Under the pieces are notes generated by a model, which saw only the letters and a program-made list of their open reading frames with translations, was not told the DNA's origin and made no database searches. Below, piece by piece: positions 1-13,717 of a stretch of DNA of 64,000 nucleotides (positions are counted from its first letter, which is position 1; the number at the start of each line of letters is the position of its first letter). The DNA comes from Octopus vulgaris (lineage: Eukaryota). Made by a program: the position numbers and the translations under genes. Where the stretch lies: contig OX597816.1 in the NCBI GenBank assembly GCA_951406725.2, forward strand, positions 130,882,001 through 130,946,000, given 5' to 3'.

Positions 1-166
1 GAGCACCGCCTTTAGCGAACAAATCGACCGCAAGACTTATTTTTTGTAGGCCTAGCACTTATTCTCTCGGTCGCTTTTGCCGACCCGCAAAGTTACGGGA
101 ACGTAAGCACACCAACATCGGTTGTCAAGCGATGGGACGGAAGGAATACGTAGACACACACACACA

Positions 167-227
<61 letters not shown>

Positions 228-390
228 GGCGGGATTCTTTCAGTTTCAGTCTGCAAAATCCATTCACAAGGCTTTGGTCGGCCCTGGGCTATAGTAGAAC
301 ACACTTGTCCAAGGTGCAACGCAGTGGGACTGAACTCGGAATCATGTGGCTGGTAAGCAAGCTACCTACCACACAGCCACCCCTACGCCT
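1..390 (-). mobile_element. tRNA-derived SINE, family A (CORE-SINE-like), with internal (TA)n
   Basis: Minus strand begins aggcgtaggggtggctgtgtggtag (A box) ... gagttcagtccc (B box) ... accttggacaagtg (MIR/CORE-like). Near-identical to copies at 36463, 39014 and 43085. The 3' end runs off the window. Confidence 0.85.
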
Positions 391-436
391 ATATATATAT
401 ACATATACATACATAAATACATGCATACATACATAC

Positions 437-496
<60 letters not shown>

Positions 497-497
497 G

Positions 498-590
<93 letters not shown>
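391..590. repeat. (TA)n/(TACA)n microsatellite
   Basis: Directly visible. Confidence 0.95.
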
Positions 591-592
<2 letters not shown>

Positions 593-930
593 TGCACTCA
601 GTTAATTCACAAGTAACGATTTTCATTAAATACTAATTCATTTGCATTCATCAGATTATTTATTCAACCTGACGGCTTTTCGCAATTCCCTAACTTGTTT
701 TATTCGCTGTTTTCTATATTGAAAGCAGCAAATCTCGCCTTGTCATATGTGTGGCTGCAATTAATTGTCACTGACAAAGACGAACTACATCCGGTGCTCT
801 CGCTACCCGCTGCAGGGGCGACTTTTCGTCTACACAGCATATAAGGGATATTTTCTCAGACGTAAAATGCAGTAACTTGCCTGGTAACAGAGTATATACA
901 TTGAGTATGATACACAGATGGATATAAATA

Positions 931-1864
931 TAGGGTGCATTGAATAAATTGTCGCCCAAATTATGCAAAAATGAAAATAGCACTGACATCTCATTTTAAC
1001 AGATATATTCATCAAAATTACATGAAAATATCTTGAAATACTAAAGAGCAAATTTATTCAATAAATAGGCCATTCGCTTCAACCACGGCCTCCAGACGAC
1101 TTCGGAATCTGCTGCAACTCTTCTGGACGGTTTCCTTGTTTAAGTTGCTGAATGCTGTCATAATACTTGCCTTCAGTTCATCTTTGGTGTTGCAAGAAGT
1201 TTTGTTGGTCTCTCGCTCAACTGCACCCCACGCATAATAATCAAAGGGGTTGTAGTCTGGGTTGGGGCACGTACACCCGCCCCCAGACTGCAACCCCTTT
1301 GATTATTTTGTGTGGGGTGCAGTTGGGCGAGAGACTAACAGAACTTCTTACAACACCAAAGATGGGGCAGCAGAAATTTTCTGACAGCCATGACTGGGTT
1401 CTCCTGCTTGTATGACATAGTGCACAATCCGGTTGCCAGGATTAGGGTCTTCCAGTAGTCACCTCTTGACCCAGGGCAGCACTGCCTCCTCCAGGCAATT
1501 GATGTAGGACTCCGTGGTGAGTGGGAAGATGAATGGATGCATAACGTCGCCATCACAAGTGGTCACTCTAAACACTATGATATTGACTGCATGTTTGATT
1601 TTCATCACTCTCGGTACGTATCCTCAGATTGCACTGTCCTCAGACTGACACCCAAACACTCTGAAATATTCGTTTTGGAGCTTCCAGTGCGAATGCCAAA
1701 CAGTACAGTATGTCGTCTCCAAATTTCTGGAAGAGTGAATTGCGTCATGGTGCTGTTTTTCTCACAGTCGGTACCCAACTGTGTAATCGACAAAATCAAA
1801 AATACAAATGCGCATGCGCGAAATTAAAAATGTATGGTAGCGACAACTTACTTATCGCACCCTA
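931..1864 (-). mobile_element. Internally deleted Tc1/mariner-superfamily transposon (maT/DD37D-like C-terminus)
   Basis: Imperfect TIRs tagggtgcattgaataaattgtcgc (931) and rc tagggtgcgataagtaagttgtcgc (1864), in a TA context. N-terminal HTH-like MTQFTLPEIWRR...ISECLGVSLRTVQ (ATG at 1748). C-terminal PDYNPFDYYAWGAVE...RLEAVVEANGLFIE* (to 1054). Confidence 0.85.
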
Positions 1865-2011
1865 TATATATATATATATATATAAACACATTATCTGTTT
1901 ATCTTTCATATATCACGTGTGTGTGCATGCGTGTGCGTGCGCGCGGGTATGCACATAAATGCATATATACCTGCATGCATACATACATACATACATACAT
2001 ACATACATACA

Positions 2012-2100
<89 letters not shown>

Positions 2101-2108
<8 letters not shown>

Positions 2109-2530
2109 TTAGAGATGAAACCACTATTAGGCAAATCATGCAATGAAAAACTTAAGCCAATACATAAGATTAATTAATTTATATTATTTGAATATATATC
2201 AAAATTATTAAAAAAGATAATTAATTGATTAAACCTCGCCAAGTTAAATATGTAAACCACCTGAAGAATAACTGTAACTCGAAAATTTTAAGAATTGAAC
2301 AGCCATGAAACGATCGTAGTGTTATATTAATCATCTTTTTTAATAATTTTGATATATATTTAAATAATATAAATTAATTAATTTTATGTATTGGCTTAAG
2401 TTTTTCATTGTATGATTTGCCTAATAGTGGTTTTATCTCTAATTTAATATAATATAATATTTTACTATAAAATTGGATTCAATCCTAAATCTGATTTTTC
2501 CCTGTAAGTTTGGATTTATTCCCTAAATAT

Positions 2531-2535
<5 letters not shown>
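2101..2535 (+). mobile_element. Foldback element in (TA)n, probably Penelope-like (PLE) derived
   Basis: 125-bp inverted arms 2101-2225 and 2326-2450 (about 5 mismatches). The spacer holds a hammerhead motif. Flanked by (TA)n on both sides. Confidence 0.7.
2255..2323 (+). ncRNA. Minimal type I hammerhead ribozyme motif
   Basis: cac-CTGAAGA-[ataactgt...acagccat stem II]-GAAA-cgatc-GTA-gtg. Core intact, stem III is the palindrome acgatcgt, stem II has two mismatches. Confidence 0.65.
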
Positions 2536-2587
<52 letters not shown>

Positions 2588-2588
<1 letters not shown>

Positions 2589-2970
2589 GGAAGCACTCCG
2601 TCGGCTATGACGACGAGTTTTCCGGTTGATCCGAATCAATGGAACAGTCTGCTCGTGAAATTAACGTGTAAGTGGCTGAGCACTCCACAGACACGTGTAC
2701 CCTTAACGTAGTTCTCGGGGATATTCAGCGTGACACAGAGAGTGACAAGGCCGGCCCTTTGAAATACAGGTACAACAGAAACAGGAAGTAAGAGTGAGAG
2801 AAAGTTGTGGTGAAAGAATACACCAGGGATCACCACCATCCCCTGCCGGAGCCTCGTGGAGCTTTAGGTGTTTTCGCTCAATAAACACTCACAACGCCCG
2901 GTCTGGGAATCGAAACCGCGATCCTACGACCGCGAGTCCGTTGCCCTAACCACTGGACCGTTGCGCCTCC
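2588..2970 (-). mobile_element. tRNA-derived SINE, family C
   Basis: Minus strand ggaggcgcaacggtccagtggttagggc...ggtttcgattccc (A/B boxes). The 3' half matches 52560-52682. Flanked by (TA)n. Confidence 0.8.
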
Positions 2971-3734
2971 ACATATATATATATATATATATTGAATTTA
3001 AGACGCTTCAGTTTCCAGTCAAACTAAGTTTTAGTATTTCAATTAACAAATCTCACGCAGACATACATTCACGCACACCTCAGGCCTATCTCTGTCCCTT
3101 TGTGTGCCTGTCTCTGTCTTTAGATGTTTATATGTGTGTCAGTTGTCACAAAAATGTATGTGCACACATTAACTTCATACACATATACTTCTCAATCATC
3201 GGCCTAACGTACGTAACGAACATGCAAACATGCGCACAATCACAGACGTATACACACACATATAGAAAATGTGACGTCGTTGTCGTCGTCGTGGTATAAA
3301 ATGTCATTTACAATAAGTTGACTTACAGAAAGGTTACAATGTTAAATTTTTGTAATGCAAATATTTAAATGAAAATATAGTTTATTTGGTAGCCGAAAAA
3401 TTACTGGAATCTTTTGATACTCCATACGTCAAAATCGGCACCTAAATTTTCAAATCCATAAGGAACATACGCACGCACTCACACACGCACAAACTCTGAT
3501 TTATTATATGATATATATATATATATATGGCTGTAGTCACGCGCATATGTGTTTGTAAGGTGGTCAATTGGCAGAGGCGGTTAGCTGATTATATATGATG
3601 TGTAGTGATACTTTTCTGATTCGCTGTTTCGATTTCGAATTTTGCTGAGGCCAACTTTGCCCTTCAATCTTTCCAGATTGATAACTAAAATAACATCACT
3701 AGATTCGTTTTTTTTTATTATTCCCAGCTCTCTT

Positions 3735-3802
<68 letters not shown>

Positions 3803-4282
3803 TCACTCTTTTCTTGCCTCTTTGTTTTTCCTTATGGAAGAAATTGATTCTATTCTTCCTACCTTGAGAGTGATGGGCACTTCAGAGCTAATTATTTCAA
3901 CTGCTACAGGACATATTTCTTTGTTAATATCAACTCATCAGCAGAATTTCTCAAACCTTGTGAGATATGAACGACTAAGCAACAGGTATTGATTATGAGA
4001 TCTTCTCGAATATAGAATTTCAATCCACCATGCACTCTAAATTGCCATTCAGGACTGTTCAATAGTAGCAAGGCATCTCGTTGTCTTTTAGGAGGGTCAT
4101 CACGCCAATAATGATAATAAGCACACGCACATGTATTGAGTAAACAATCAATCGATTGTTTACTTGTCAATGTCCTTTCGTCGTTATTCGCGACCTCATC
4201 AATGATATATCCTACCATGTGAGGTACCAGTGATATATCCTACCAAAGAATATTGAAAAGCAAATAGAAAAATGAAATAACA

Positions 4283-4450
4283 AAGCTAATCCTATTGGTG
4301 TTAACTGTGCCATGGGACGAGAGGATGGAAAAGGTGCGGGAGAGTAAAAGACCTGAGTACCAGAAGGTGATGAGGAACTGCCTCAAGAATGAATGGAGAA
4401 TGTGATGCTCGCTAGTGGAGAATGGTAGAGGGAAAATTTGCAGGTTATGC
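4283..4450 (+). pseudogene. Restriction-like endonuclease remnant of a non-LTR retrotransposon (HERO/R2-group-like)
   Basis: KLILLVLTVPWDERMEKVRESKRPEYQKVMRNCLKNEWRM*CSLVENGRG resembles the ELTVPWE...K..KY...VEVG.RG RLE motif. Contains an internal stop. Confidence 0.65.
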
Positions 4451-5104
4451 CTTGAGAAAACAGAACCGCATTAAGGCATGAACACACTGGGCAGTTGTCC
4501 AGGGCCCTCACGGATCTAGGAGCCATTAGACAGACAGGGAGCAGCACTGGACAGATACGGTGATTTCACACTTTTTTTTTTACCACATGACAAATTTTCT
4601 CTACAGTATCTGCAGTGAATTTGCCTTTAGAAGTTGAAATACATCACAAATATATTTTAACTAACCGAAAGTTCGTTTATGCCAAAACACTGCTTCTCGC
4701 TCATAATGCTGAAATATATATATATATATAAACGCGGAGTAGACGAAACAGGGACAACAGAAGAAGGGGAATATTCCTTGTGTTGTATGTCTTGATTTTT
4801 CGTTGTTTGAAAAAAGTTCGTTTCCATGTTTTTGTTTTTGTTTTCGTTTCTCATTGTGTTCAATGTTTTTTTAATGTCCTGTACCCATATATGCATGTAT
4901 ATATACATATAGATGTAGGTATGTACATATATGTATGTATATATGCATATATTTATATATTATTTATATTATTTTATATATGTGTGTGTGTGTATGTGTG
5001 TGTGCATGTGTGTGTGTGTATGTATATATGTATGTTTGTATGTTTGTATGTATGTATGTATGTATGTATATAAAGAAAGAAGGAGAGAGAGAGAGAAAGA
5101 AACT

Positions 5105-5283
<179 letters not shown>

Positions 5284-5674
5284 AGGAATACTCAGTACTC
5301 AAATACAGGTTTAGAAACATGGCAGTAAGTCTGTTGCCATTATATATTTAACAAATGTTGTCAACATATTTGTTGCTATTCCTTTGTATTGGTGATATAT
5401 TGCATTTTTTTATCTCTAATCTCTGTATTTTTTAAAATATGTTCTCTTCACCGCCTCTTCCTCTATTTTTCCTTCTCCCTCATCCACATACTATTGCTCC
5501 GTCCTCACACTCGTTCTTCTCTCCCGTCTTTCTTTTTCTCTCTACTTTTCTCTGCACAAATCATATGTAGGAATATGGACAATTAAGCAGTGTTATTTTT
5601 TTTTTATTTTACATTTATGTTTGGCCATACATGCTCGCGTGTTAGCGCGTACATGAAAATATTTCCCTGACTAT

Positions 5675-6462
<788 letters not shown>

Positions 6463-6992
6463 TGCAATTAAATGTATAAATACATGTATAAAACAGCATG
6501 CGTGTCTGTGCGTTTGTGTGTATGCATGTACGAAATATATGCGTATGTATGTGCATTTATTCGGACGTGTCTAATTCTGTGCTTATTTGCGTGCGTATGT
6601 ATATGTGCTTCTTCAGGTAAATATGCCAATGTGTGGACGCGCGTATGTGTAAAATTTTCTACTGAAGTAGCTGTGATAATAATAACTTCAGTAAAGCTTA
6701 TGGTCTTCTTTCGAGTGACCTTGCTTCTCGCGAGATTCACATCGAAAATATCGCACCGTTCTTTCATTTTCAAAAAGGTAACATAAATAAATAAATAAAT
6801 AAATAAATAAAAAACACTCAGACAATATCGTTGTGATTATTATTGGCGCCATTTGTCTCAGATCTCAGTCAGTCAAGTTTCATATTTCAACCTCTATATT
6901 ATTGTACATTATACATTATATTTCATTTTAGCCTCAAGTGACAGAGGTTTCTTTTGTCGCTTATCAAACTCCTTGATGAAATCAAACTGTCC

Positions 6993-7048
6993 ATGTTTGA
7001 GAACAGCATTAGAAGAAGAACAGAAGCACTTCAAACTAGACTAAATTG
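6993..7048 (+). CDS. Candidate coding exon 1 of an unidentified gene (MFENSIRRRTEALQTRLNW)
   Basis: Acceptor tttcattttag at 6931, ATG at 6993, donor gttagt at 7049. Ends in phase 2, compatible with the next exon. Confidence 0.5.
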
Positions 7049-7360
7049 GTTAGTTGAAATAAAAGAATTACATAGGAAGAAGCCACTACAGGAATATTTA
7101 TGGAATTCCATAAAGAAACGATAAACGAACGAAATTTCATTCTTTCTTTCGGTGAGGAACTCATCTTCTTTTGTCTCCTAGGTGAAAAGCATTATTCTTC
7201 AAAGTGATAAAGAAGACCGAAAAAGCAAATAGATACAAAGAATGCGAGGATTGCAATAGTCCACCCCCCGCCGCCATCGCCTTCCTTTTATTATTTGTCT
7301 CTTCTTACTAAATATGTGTGTGTATGTATATATATATATATATATACATACACACACACA

Positions 7361-7403
<43 letters not shown>

Positions 7404-7602
7404 ATATAGATATATGTGTATGTATGTATATATAAATATATGTATATGTATGTGTATGTACATATATATGCATATATATACCTGTATGTATATATATATG
7501 CATACATCCATATATATATATATGCATGTATTTGTATACGTACATATATGTACATGCATATACACGTGTATGTATATTTATGTATATGTGTATATATGTA
7601 TG

Positions 7603-7682
<80 letters not shown>

Positions 7683-8101
7683 AGTTTTGGTCTGGCACCA
7701 GATTTCTTGAGTGATATATGGACTGAAGGAGTACGCAACGAACTCCTTGACAAGAGATTACACACAGACATACACACACACACACACACACATGCACAAA
7801 GTTATGTACGTTTGTGAGTGTCTGCGTATTTGTGCGCGCGCATGTATAGGATTAAACAACCGTTGGCAAAATTCACAACGTAGGTGATTGCATAGCTTAC
7901 TGAAAACCAAAAAGCAAAACATAACAAACAACACAAGAAGAACTAAAAATATTAATATGCACTCAGCATCAATAAAAAAAGCTAGACGCTTATCAGAGAG
8001 AGAGTTAAATCTATGAATTTCACCGCCATCTCATCAACATTTCTGTATAACGAAACCGTATCAAGAAAAGATGAAGGTTATTATATTTAAATCTGACACA
8101 G

Positions 8102-8142
8102 GAATTACCGCACTCAAAGTTACACACTGAGTGACCCTGAAG
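8102..8142 (+). CDS. Candidate coding exon 2 (NYRTQSYTLSDPEG)
   Basis: ctgacacag acceptor (weak pyrimidine tract) and ag|gtaaag donor. Only one frame is open (phase 2 to phase 1), and it fits both neighbours. Confidence 0.5.
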
Positions 8143-8436
8143 GTAAAGTTCTAAATGTCTAAGTTATACTCAGCCATGTATATAGGTTGGTACTCCCATC
8201 ATTTAAACAACTGAAACCTTCATTTCTTCAAATTAGCACGGTCTAATTTATTTGAAATGTTAATGCAGTTGTCTTTTTTCTGAAAGCATTAATGAAAAAT
8301 TTGGAGAATTATAATTCTGACTAGAAGTCGAGGTTGTGTTTCTGACATGAGTCAGCAACATTGTTACTTCTAAAATTCTTATATTGTCCCCAAAATATTA
8401 AGAGATAAAAAGACCGTATTGAACCAATATATTGAT

Positions 8437-8572
8437 TTCAAATTTTTGCACATGGCTGGCAATTTCGGGGGAGTGGCTAAGTCAAATTACATCGATTCCA
8501 GAACTCAATTGGTACTTATTTTATCGACCCCGAAAGGATAAAGGGTAAAGTAGACCTCGGCAGAATTTGAAA
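8437..8572 (-). mobile_element. SINE family B fragment
   Basis: ggtacttattttatcgaccccgaaaggata...gacctcggcagaatttga core. Confidence 0.7.
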
Positions 8573-10506
8573 ATTGAGTCAATATATTACTCCTACATCT
8601 TATTCAAATGAAATGAAAAAGGGCATCGAGAGGATTTTAATTTAAAATCGTAACGAAATACTGCTAAATATTTTGTCCAACATCCTCGGAGGACCTACGA
8701 AGTTGATGGGTACAACGTCTTCTTCAAGACCTATGGCGGATTTGCTCTCATTTCTGAAAAGATAAAAACAAGCAAAAATCGCCAATGATAATAAACGTCC
8801 AGTATATTTGCAACTATGAATTGTTCTTCTTTAGAACTGTTTGGCATACAGAGTCAGTGAGGTTGTAGACTGTGGAAGCTGTAGACCACTGATTGTAGGA
8901 TACGAAGTGTCCCCCCTTCAGTTTGTAGGATGAGATCTTCGATTCAACTCGACAGACAAGATGTCTTTTTTTTTTCTTTTTGATCGATCGATGAAATGCC
9001 CTATATTTTACAAGTTTATTCAGACATCCGAACCAATGATTGCTTAATTCAATCAATCATTATTCCGCCATAAGAGCATATTTTGTGTAGCCACATAATT
9101 TTTTCTATTACAGCCGAGAGTATAATACTCGTAGAAATGGGCATGAAACATTTGTTGCTTAGATTTTTTAAAACTTTATTCTACCATTTTTATGAGAACG
9201 TTAAATAATGGTAGGTGAGATTCAGCACTAATTCATCTTTTGGGTATAAAGAACTTAACATTTTGCTCGCATGTTTAGTGTTCGTTATTTAAATCTGATT
9301 ATGATTTAACCAGCGCCCCAACCTCACCCAAACGAAAACATTTTTTTAAAATTTCATAATAGCTGAAAATAATCGCAATATGTAAGAGAAGTAGAAAAAA
9401 ATTATTAAAGGATTCTGTAACTATACCGATAACATGAATATCTAAGTTTCTGTAATCTTTTCTTTTAGTTTCACCTCTGCCGTCATCACCTCTGTTAATC
9501 TTAACGTTGTTGTCATCGCCTCACTCTATCTCGACTCTGCTGCTAATTGTTTGAGCTATTCTCGTTTTAACTGTAAGCAATGTTGCTATTTTCATCCCTA
9601 CTGTCATTAATATTGCTATTCTTATCATTTCTCCCATCAATGTTGCTATTAACAACAGTACAGTCATTGAACTTGTCATCGCCTCTGTTTATTTTGACAT
9701 TTATTAATTATCTTTGGTTACTGTCGTATGAACTGTCATCAATATTGCTATCTATAACCACATATTATCCCTTTTAACATTGGTGTTGCTGTCCTCACTG
9801 TTGCTCTTAATAATATTATTGTCATCGAACTTGCTATTCTTGGTACTGATGTTATCAATCTCGCCAATTTTTTCTCTCCGTTGTAACTAACCCAAAAGTG
9901 TCAGAATTCATTTCTTCTCACGGTACACAAACGTACCTTATTTTATACTGTTATTAACTGTTTGTTTTTACGACGCAGATCTTCACTAGTTCTCTCAGAC
10001 TTAGGTTTGTAAATTTGTGATCACTTAACCTTCAGTCAATCACTATATCATGTCAATAACATTCTATTTAGATTACGTTTAATTTCAAACACCGTATCAA
10101 ACACAGTTAGAAATGAAACGCACCTCTCTGGCTCAGTCTTCCCTTATTATCAAAAGATAATATGCTATGACCTCAGCTATCACTAAAGCACTTGGATGTC
10201 ATATTTAGCCATCAACTAATAACCAGTTTTCATTAACAATTTACACACAAAGAAAACAGATTAAATACATTAGAATTAATCGTAAAATGTTAGGTTTTGT
10301 AAGAAGCACTCAAACACAGTTGGTCCTACACACCATTAAGTAACTTCCATATAATAACGACAAGCTTCCATCATCATCACCACCACCACCACAACCACCA
10401 ACATTCTCATCATCAATTACAAGAATAATAAACAACAGCAAAAAAAAAAGAGCACAAATAACTACCGAGTACAGTCTGTGCAGATCTTATCTCCTTTTCG
10501 TTTTAG

Positions 10507-10549
10507 GTACTGCACGCTTAGATGAACCAGAAGAGTGCGAACTCCAGCT
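10507..10549 (+). CDS. Candidate coding exon 3 (TARLDEPEECELQL)
   Basis: Strong acceptor ctccttttcgttttag and donor gtgagt. Only one frame is open (phase 1 to phase 2). Confidence 0.6.
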
Positions 10550-10965
10550 GTGAGTTTCATTTATATATGGTTGGGTCGAGTAATTTTTATACTAACTGAC
10601 TCCTATAAACATAAAGAATGATAACATCTGGATTATTACTTCGATTAGTCTCTCATTTCTTCAATGGGAACTTCCTCCGCCTACTTCTTTAGAATAACTT
10701 CTTTCAAACTGTGTACGACAGGAAAACCTTGTAGGCGCGCACGCACGCACATACCAACACACATACGCACATGCACACACACATACACTCACACACACAT
10801 GCACACGAACACACACAGAGACTCATACACAACATTCATTTACTTAGTCAAACTTGGACCTATGTTTATGTATTGTACATATGCTTATGCATAAATATTT
10901 CTTTGCGTATATCTATTTCTATGTTTATGTTCGTTGTACATACACACACGCACACAAACACTGAT

Positions 10966-11001
<36 letters not shown>

Positions 11002-11654
11002 ACACACACACACGATACAATTACTAACAGTACGCTTTGATTAATCTATAATATCATGAGTCTAAAGATATCACGCTGTTCATGCATTACATAGACATTG
11101 TTTATTAGCAAAACGTTCTTACTTTCGTTCACAGGGTCCTGTGTTCAAATACAATAGTATTAAAACTTCATGTTTTATACTTCTAGGCCCAGTAAAATAA
11201 ATATAAAATCATTCTTGGGCTTCATCGAGTCAGCGAGGGAGCCTATATGTCGCTCGACCAGTTAAAACACCAGCGTCACCTACCTCAAATGACAGCCCAC
11301 CATCTGAAAGTGACGGAACACGTTTGATACACAGTTCCCAAGAGAATGACGAGCTTGACATGATAGAATACCTTTGACTGTAGGACTTCTCAACTGGAGT
11401 GGGTGAGTGTACTTGACTTATTCGACAAAAAAAATTATAATTGATTTCTGTTCACAAAACTTCTAGATTATTATTGAGGCAGAATGTGATGTGGTGTTAG
11501 TGATGAGTCCCTTCCTTAAGGGTTATAATTGCAAGCATGACTATGCGCATTGCAACCCTGAGGGTTTTTTTGTTGTTTTTATCGTTCAATCCCATTGCAT
11601 AGCACAACGAGCAACTGTCTTCTAACATAGACCCTCTTTAACCAATATCTGACG

Positions 11655-11943
11655 ATGGTTGTCGCTCGTAATCCTAGAAAGACAGTTCTGCAATTTTTTG
11701 CTGAACGACATGCAGGAACGATTTGTTGATAGTGATCGAATGTATGTGCTGTCCTTTAGCTCGTTTCAAATTGACGTTACCTGAACAGGTGCACGGTGTG
11801 CCACGCGTCAGGTGTCGAAATGGTCGCAGTGTAACATGGGATGAAGTGTTTTGCTCAAGAACACAACACACCACCCGGGCCAAGAATTGAAAGCACCTTC
11901 TCACGATCGTAAGTGTAACATTCTAACCACTAGGCCATGTGCC
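11655..11943 (-). mobile_element. tRNA-derived SINE (head shared with the copy at 25638)
   Basis: Minus strand cacatggcctagtggttaga...ttcaattc...gtgttcttgagcaaaacacttcat. Confidence 0.7.
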
Positions 11944-12269
11944 CTCTGACAATTATCTAGTGAGTAGAATTTGGTAGACCCCATCCCCTTCTAAACCAAT
12001 CTTGTTAACTACACTCTGTGATATATCGCATGAGGTGGAAGTTCTTACGGATATAGATCTGGCAGCAGTCGTACAACATTGCACTTTCTTGATAATACTA
12101 CAGGCGATAATGAAGCATCTTTTCATGTAGATGTTATTAAAACATTAACGATTGCAAAGAGTGGGAGAAATGGATTTCTAGGATGATTCAGTACGAGAAA
12201 GAGTATGAAATCACTCTACATTTGTGGAAAGCATTTATCCTCAGCCATCTGGATTATTTCTCACAATTA

Positions 12270-13116
12270 AGTTCACCAATCAGTATTAAACAGTTTTAAA
12301 ACTAACAGCAAAATAGGTGCAATTCAATGATGCTACACAAAGAAATTAGCTTCAGTACAACAGAAAGGATAGTAAAGTATGCTGTGATACATAAATGGAG
12401 GATCATAGAAAAAGCTAGCACCCTGAAAAGCAGTGCAGAGTCCCGAAGGTTCCACTTTTCCCATTAAAAGTCTGGATATCTTAGGGTTTAACAGCTCACG
12501 ATCTTTCAATATCTTTTCACGAGACTTAAAAAATATATACAAGAGTGATGGGAAATTCATTTCAGGAATGTGTGAATACTTTATTATCTGACATCTCACC
12601 CAAACGACTGTCTCGGCAAGAAACGCAATTGAGGGTGCAGCATGAAACACCCTCATTTGCTAAAAGATGGTTATAGTTAGAGGGCTGTAAAAGCAGTAAC
12701 AATTGCAAAGGTGGTGTCCGGCAAGATTATAATAATCGGGCCTGAACTAGTACACACACGCGTGCCCGCGATTGTATATAACCATAGATGGATAACGGTT
12801 CATTCACTACAGCTGTTTCCAACAAGTTTTTTTTATGGATGAATAGAGATGAATTGGCTCTCGTCCCTTTCTGTCACCGTAATGTTTTTCTTATATTAAC
12901 TACTAACTTGAGCAAGCGAATTTATTCTTTTGACTGATCAGGCAATCATGAAGTGGCACAGATTTGAAAGGTTTAGAATGTTTTCTTTTTACTTAATGTA
13001 TAATTAATGAATATTCTCCCGATGAAGACGTTTTAGTTTTGGCATGATGTAATATCTCTATTCATCAATAAAAATCTGGTTGGAAACAGCTGTAGTGAAT
13101 GAACCATTATCCATCT
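12270..13116 (+). mobile_element. Heavily decayed Penelope-like remnant with internal inverted repeat
   Basis: HKWRIIEKA near 12390-12420 resembles the PLE GIY-YIG C-terminal region. Inverted arms at 12786-12850 and 13054-13116. Confidence 0.4.
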
Positions 13117-13417
13117 GTTGTTATTCATTTGTAATTCACCACACTCGGAACCTGCTATTGGCGTGGCTGGGGAGACTATTAAGTGCAGTACAAGCGGTGC
13201 AGTGTGCGTTCCTAAATACAACCTTGAGGTTCATAATACAAAGTCAGGTTTTAGTTAAATGTATATACAACTGGAATTATTATCTGTCTGTACTTCGCTG
13301 TGTAGGTATTTGTTTGTTCCTATGATTTCGTAATATTCATGATACACTTTGTTTGACCAAACCCAGTACTTTACTCTTTACCACTTAAGTATCTGATTCG
13401 CTTGAATCCTGAACTCT

Positions 13418-13483
<66 letters not shown>

Positions 13484-13683
13484 CATACACTTAAATATAT
13501 ACATATATATATTGATAGATAGATAGATACATACATACATACATACATACACATATATATATATATATATATATACATACACACACATATGTATATATAT
13601 AAATACATAAAATATGTATGTATATATATATATATATATTTACCTGCTCCATTATCTCAATTTGGATATGTATATATATATGA

Positions 13684-13717
<34 letters not shown>

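Noticed and set aside
6669-6778. Possible upstream exon ending aag|gtaaca
   Set aside because: Weak acceptor and ambiguous frame. It could be 5' UTR but is not supportable.
8013-8090. Ig-like motif VSRKDEGYYI
   Set aside because: A stop follows where Cys is needed and there are no fitting splice sites. Likely chance.
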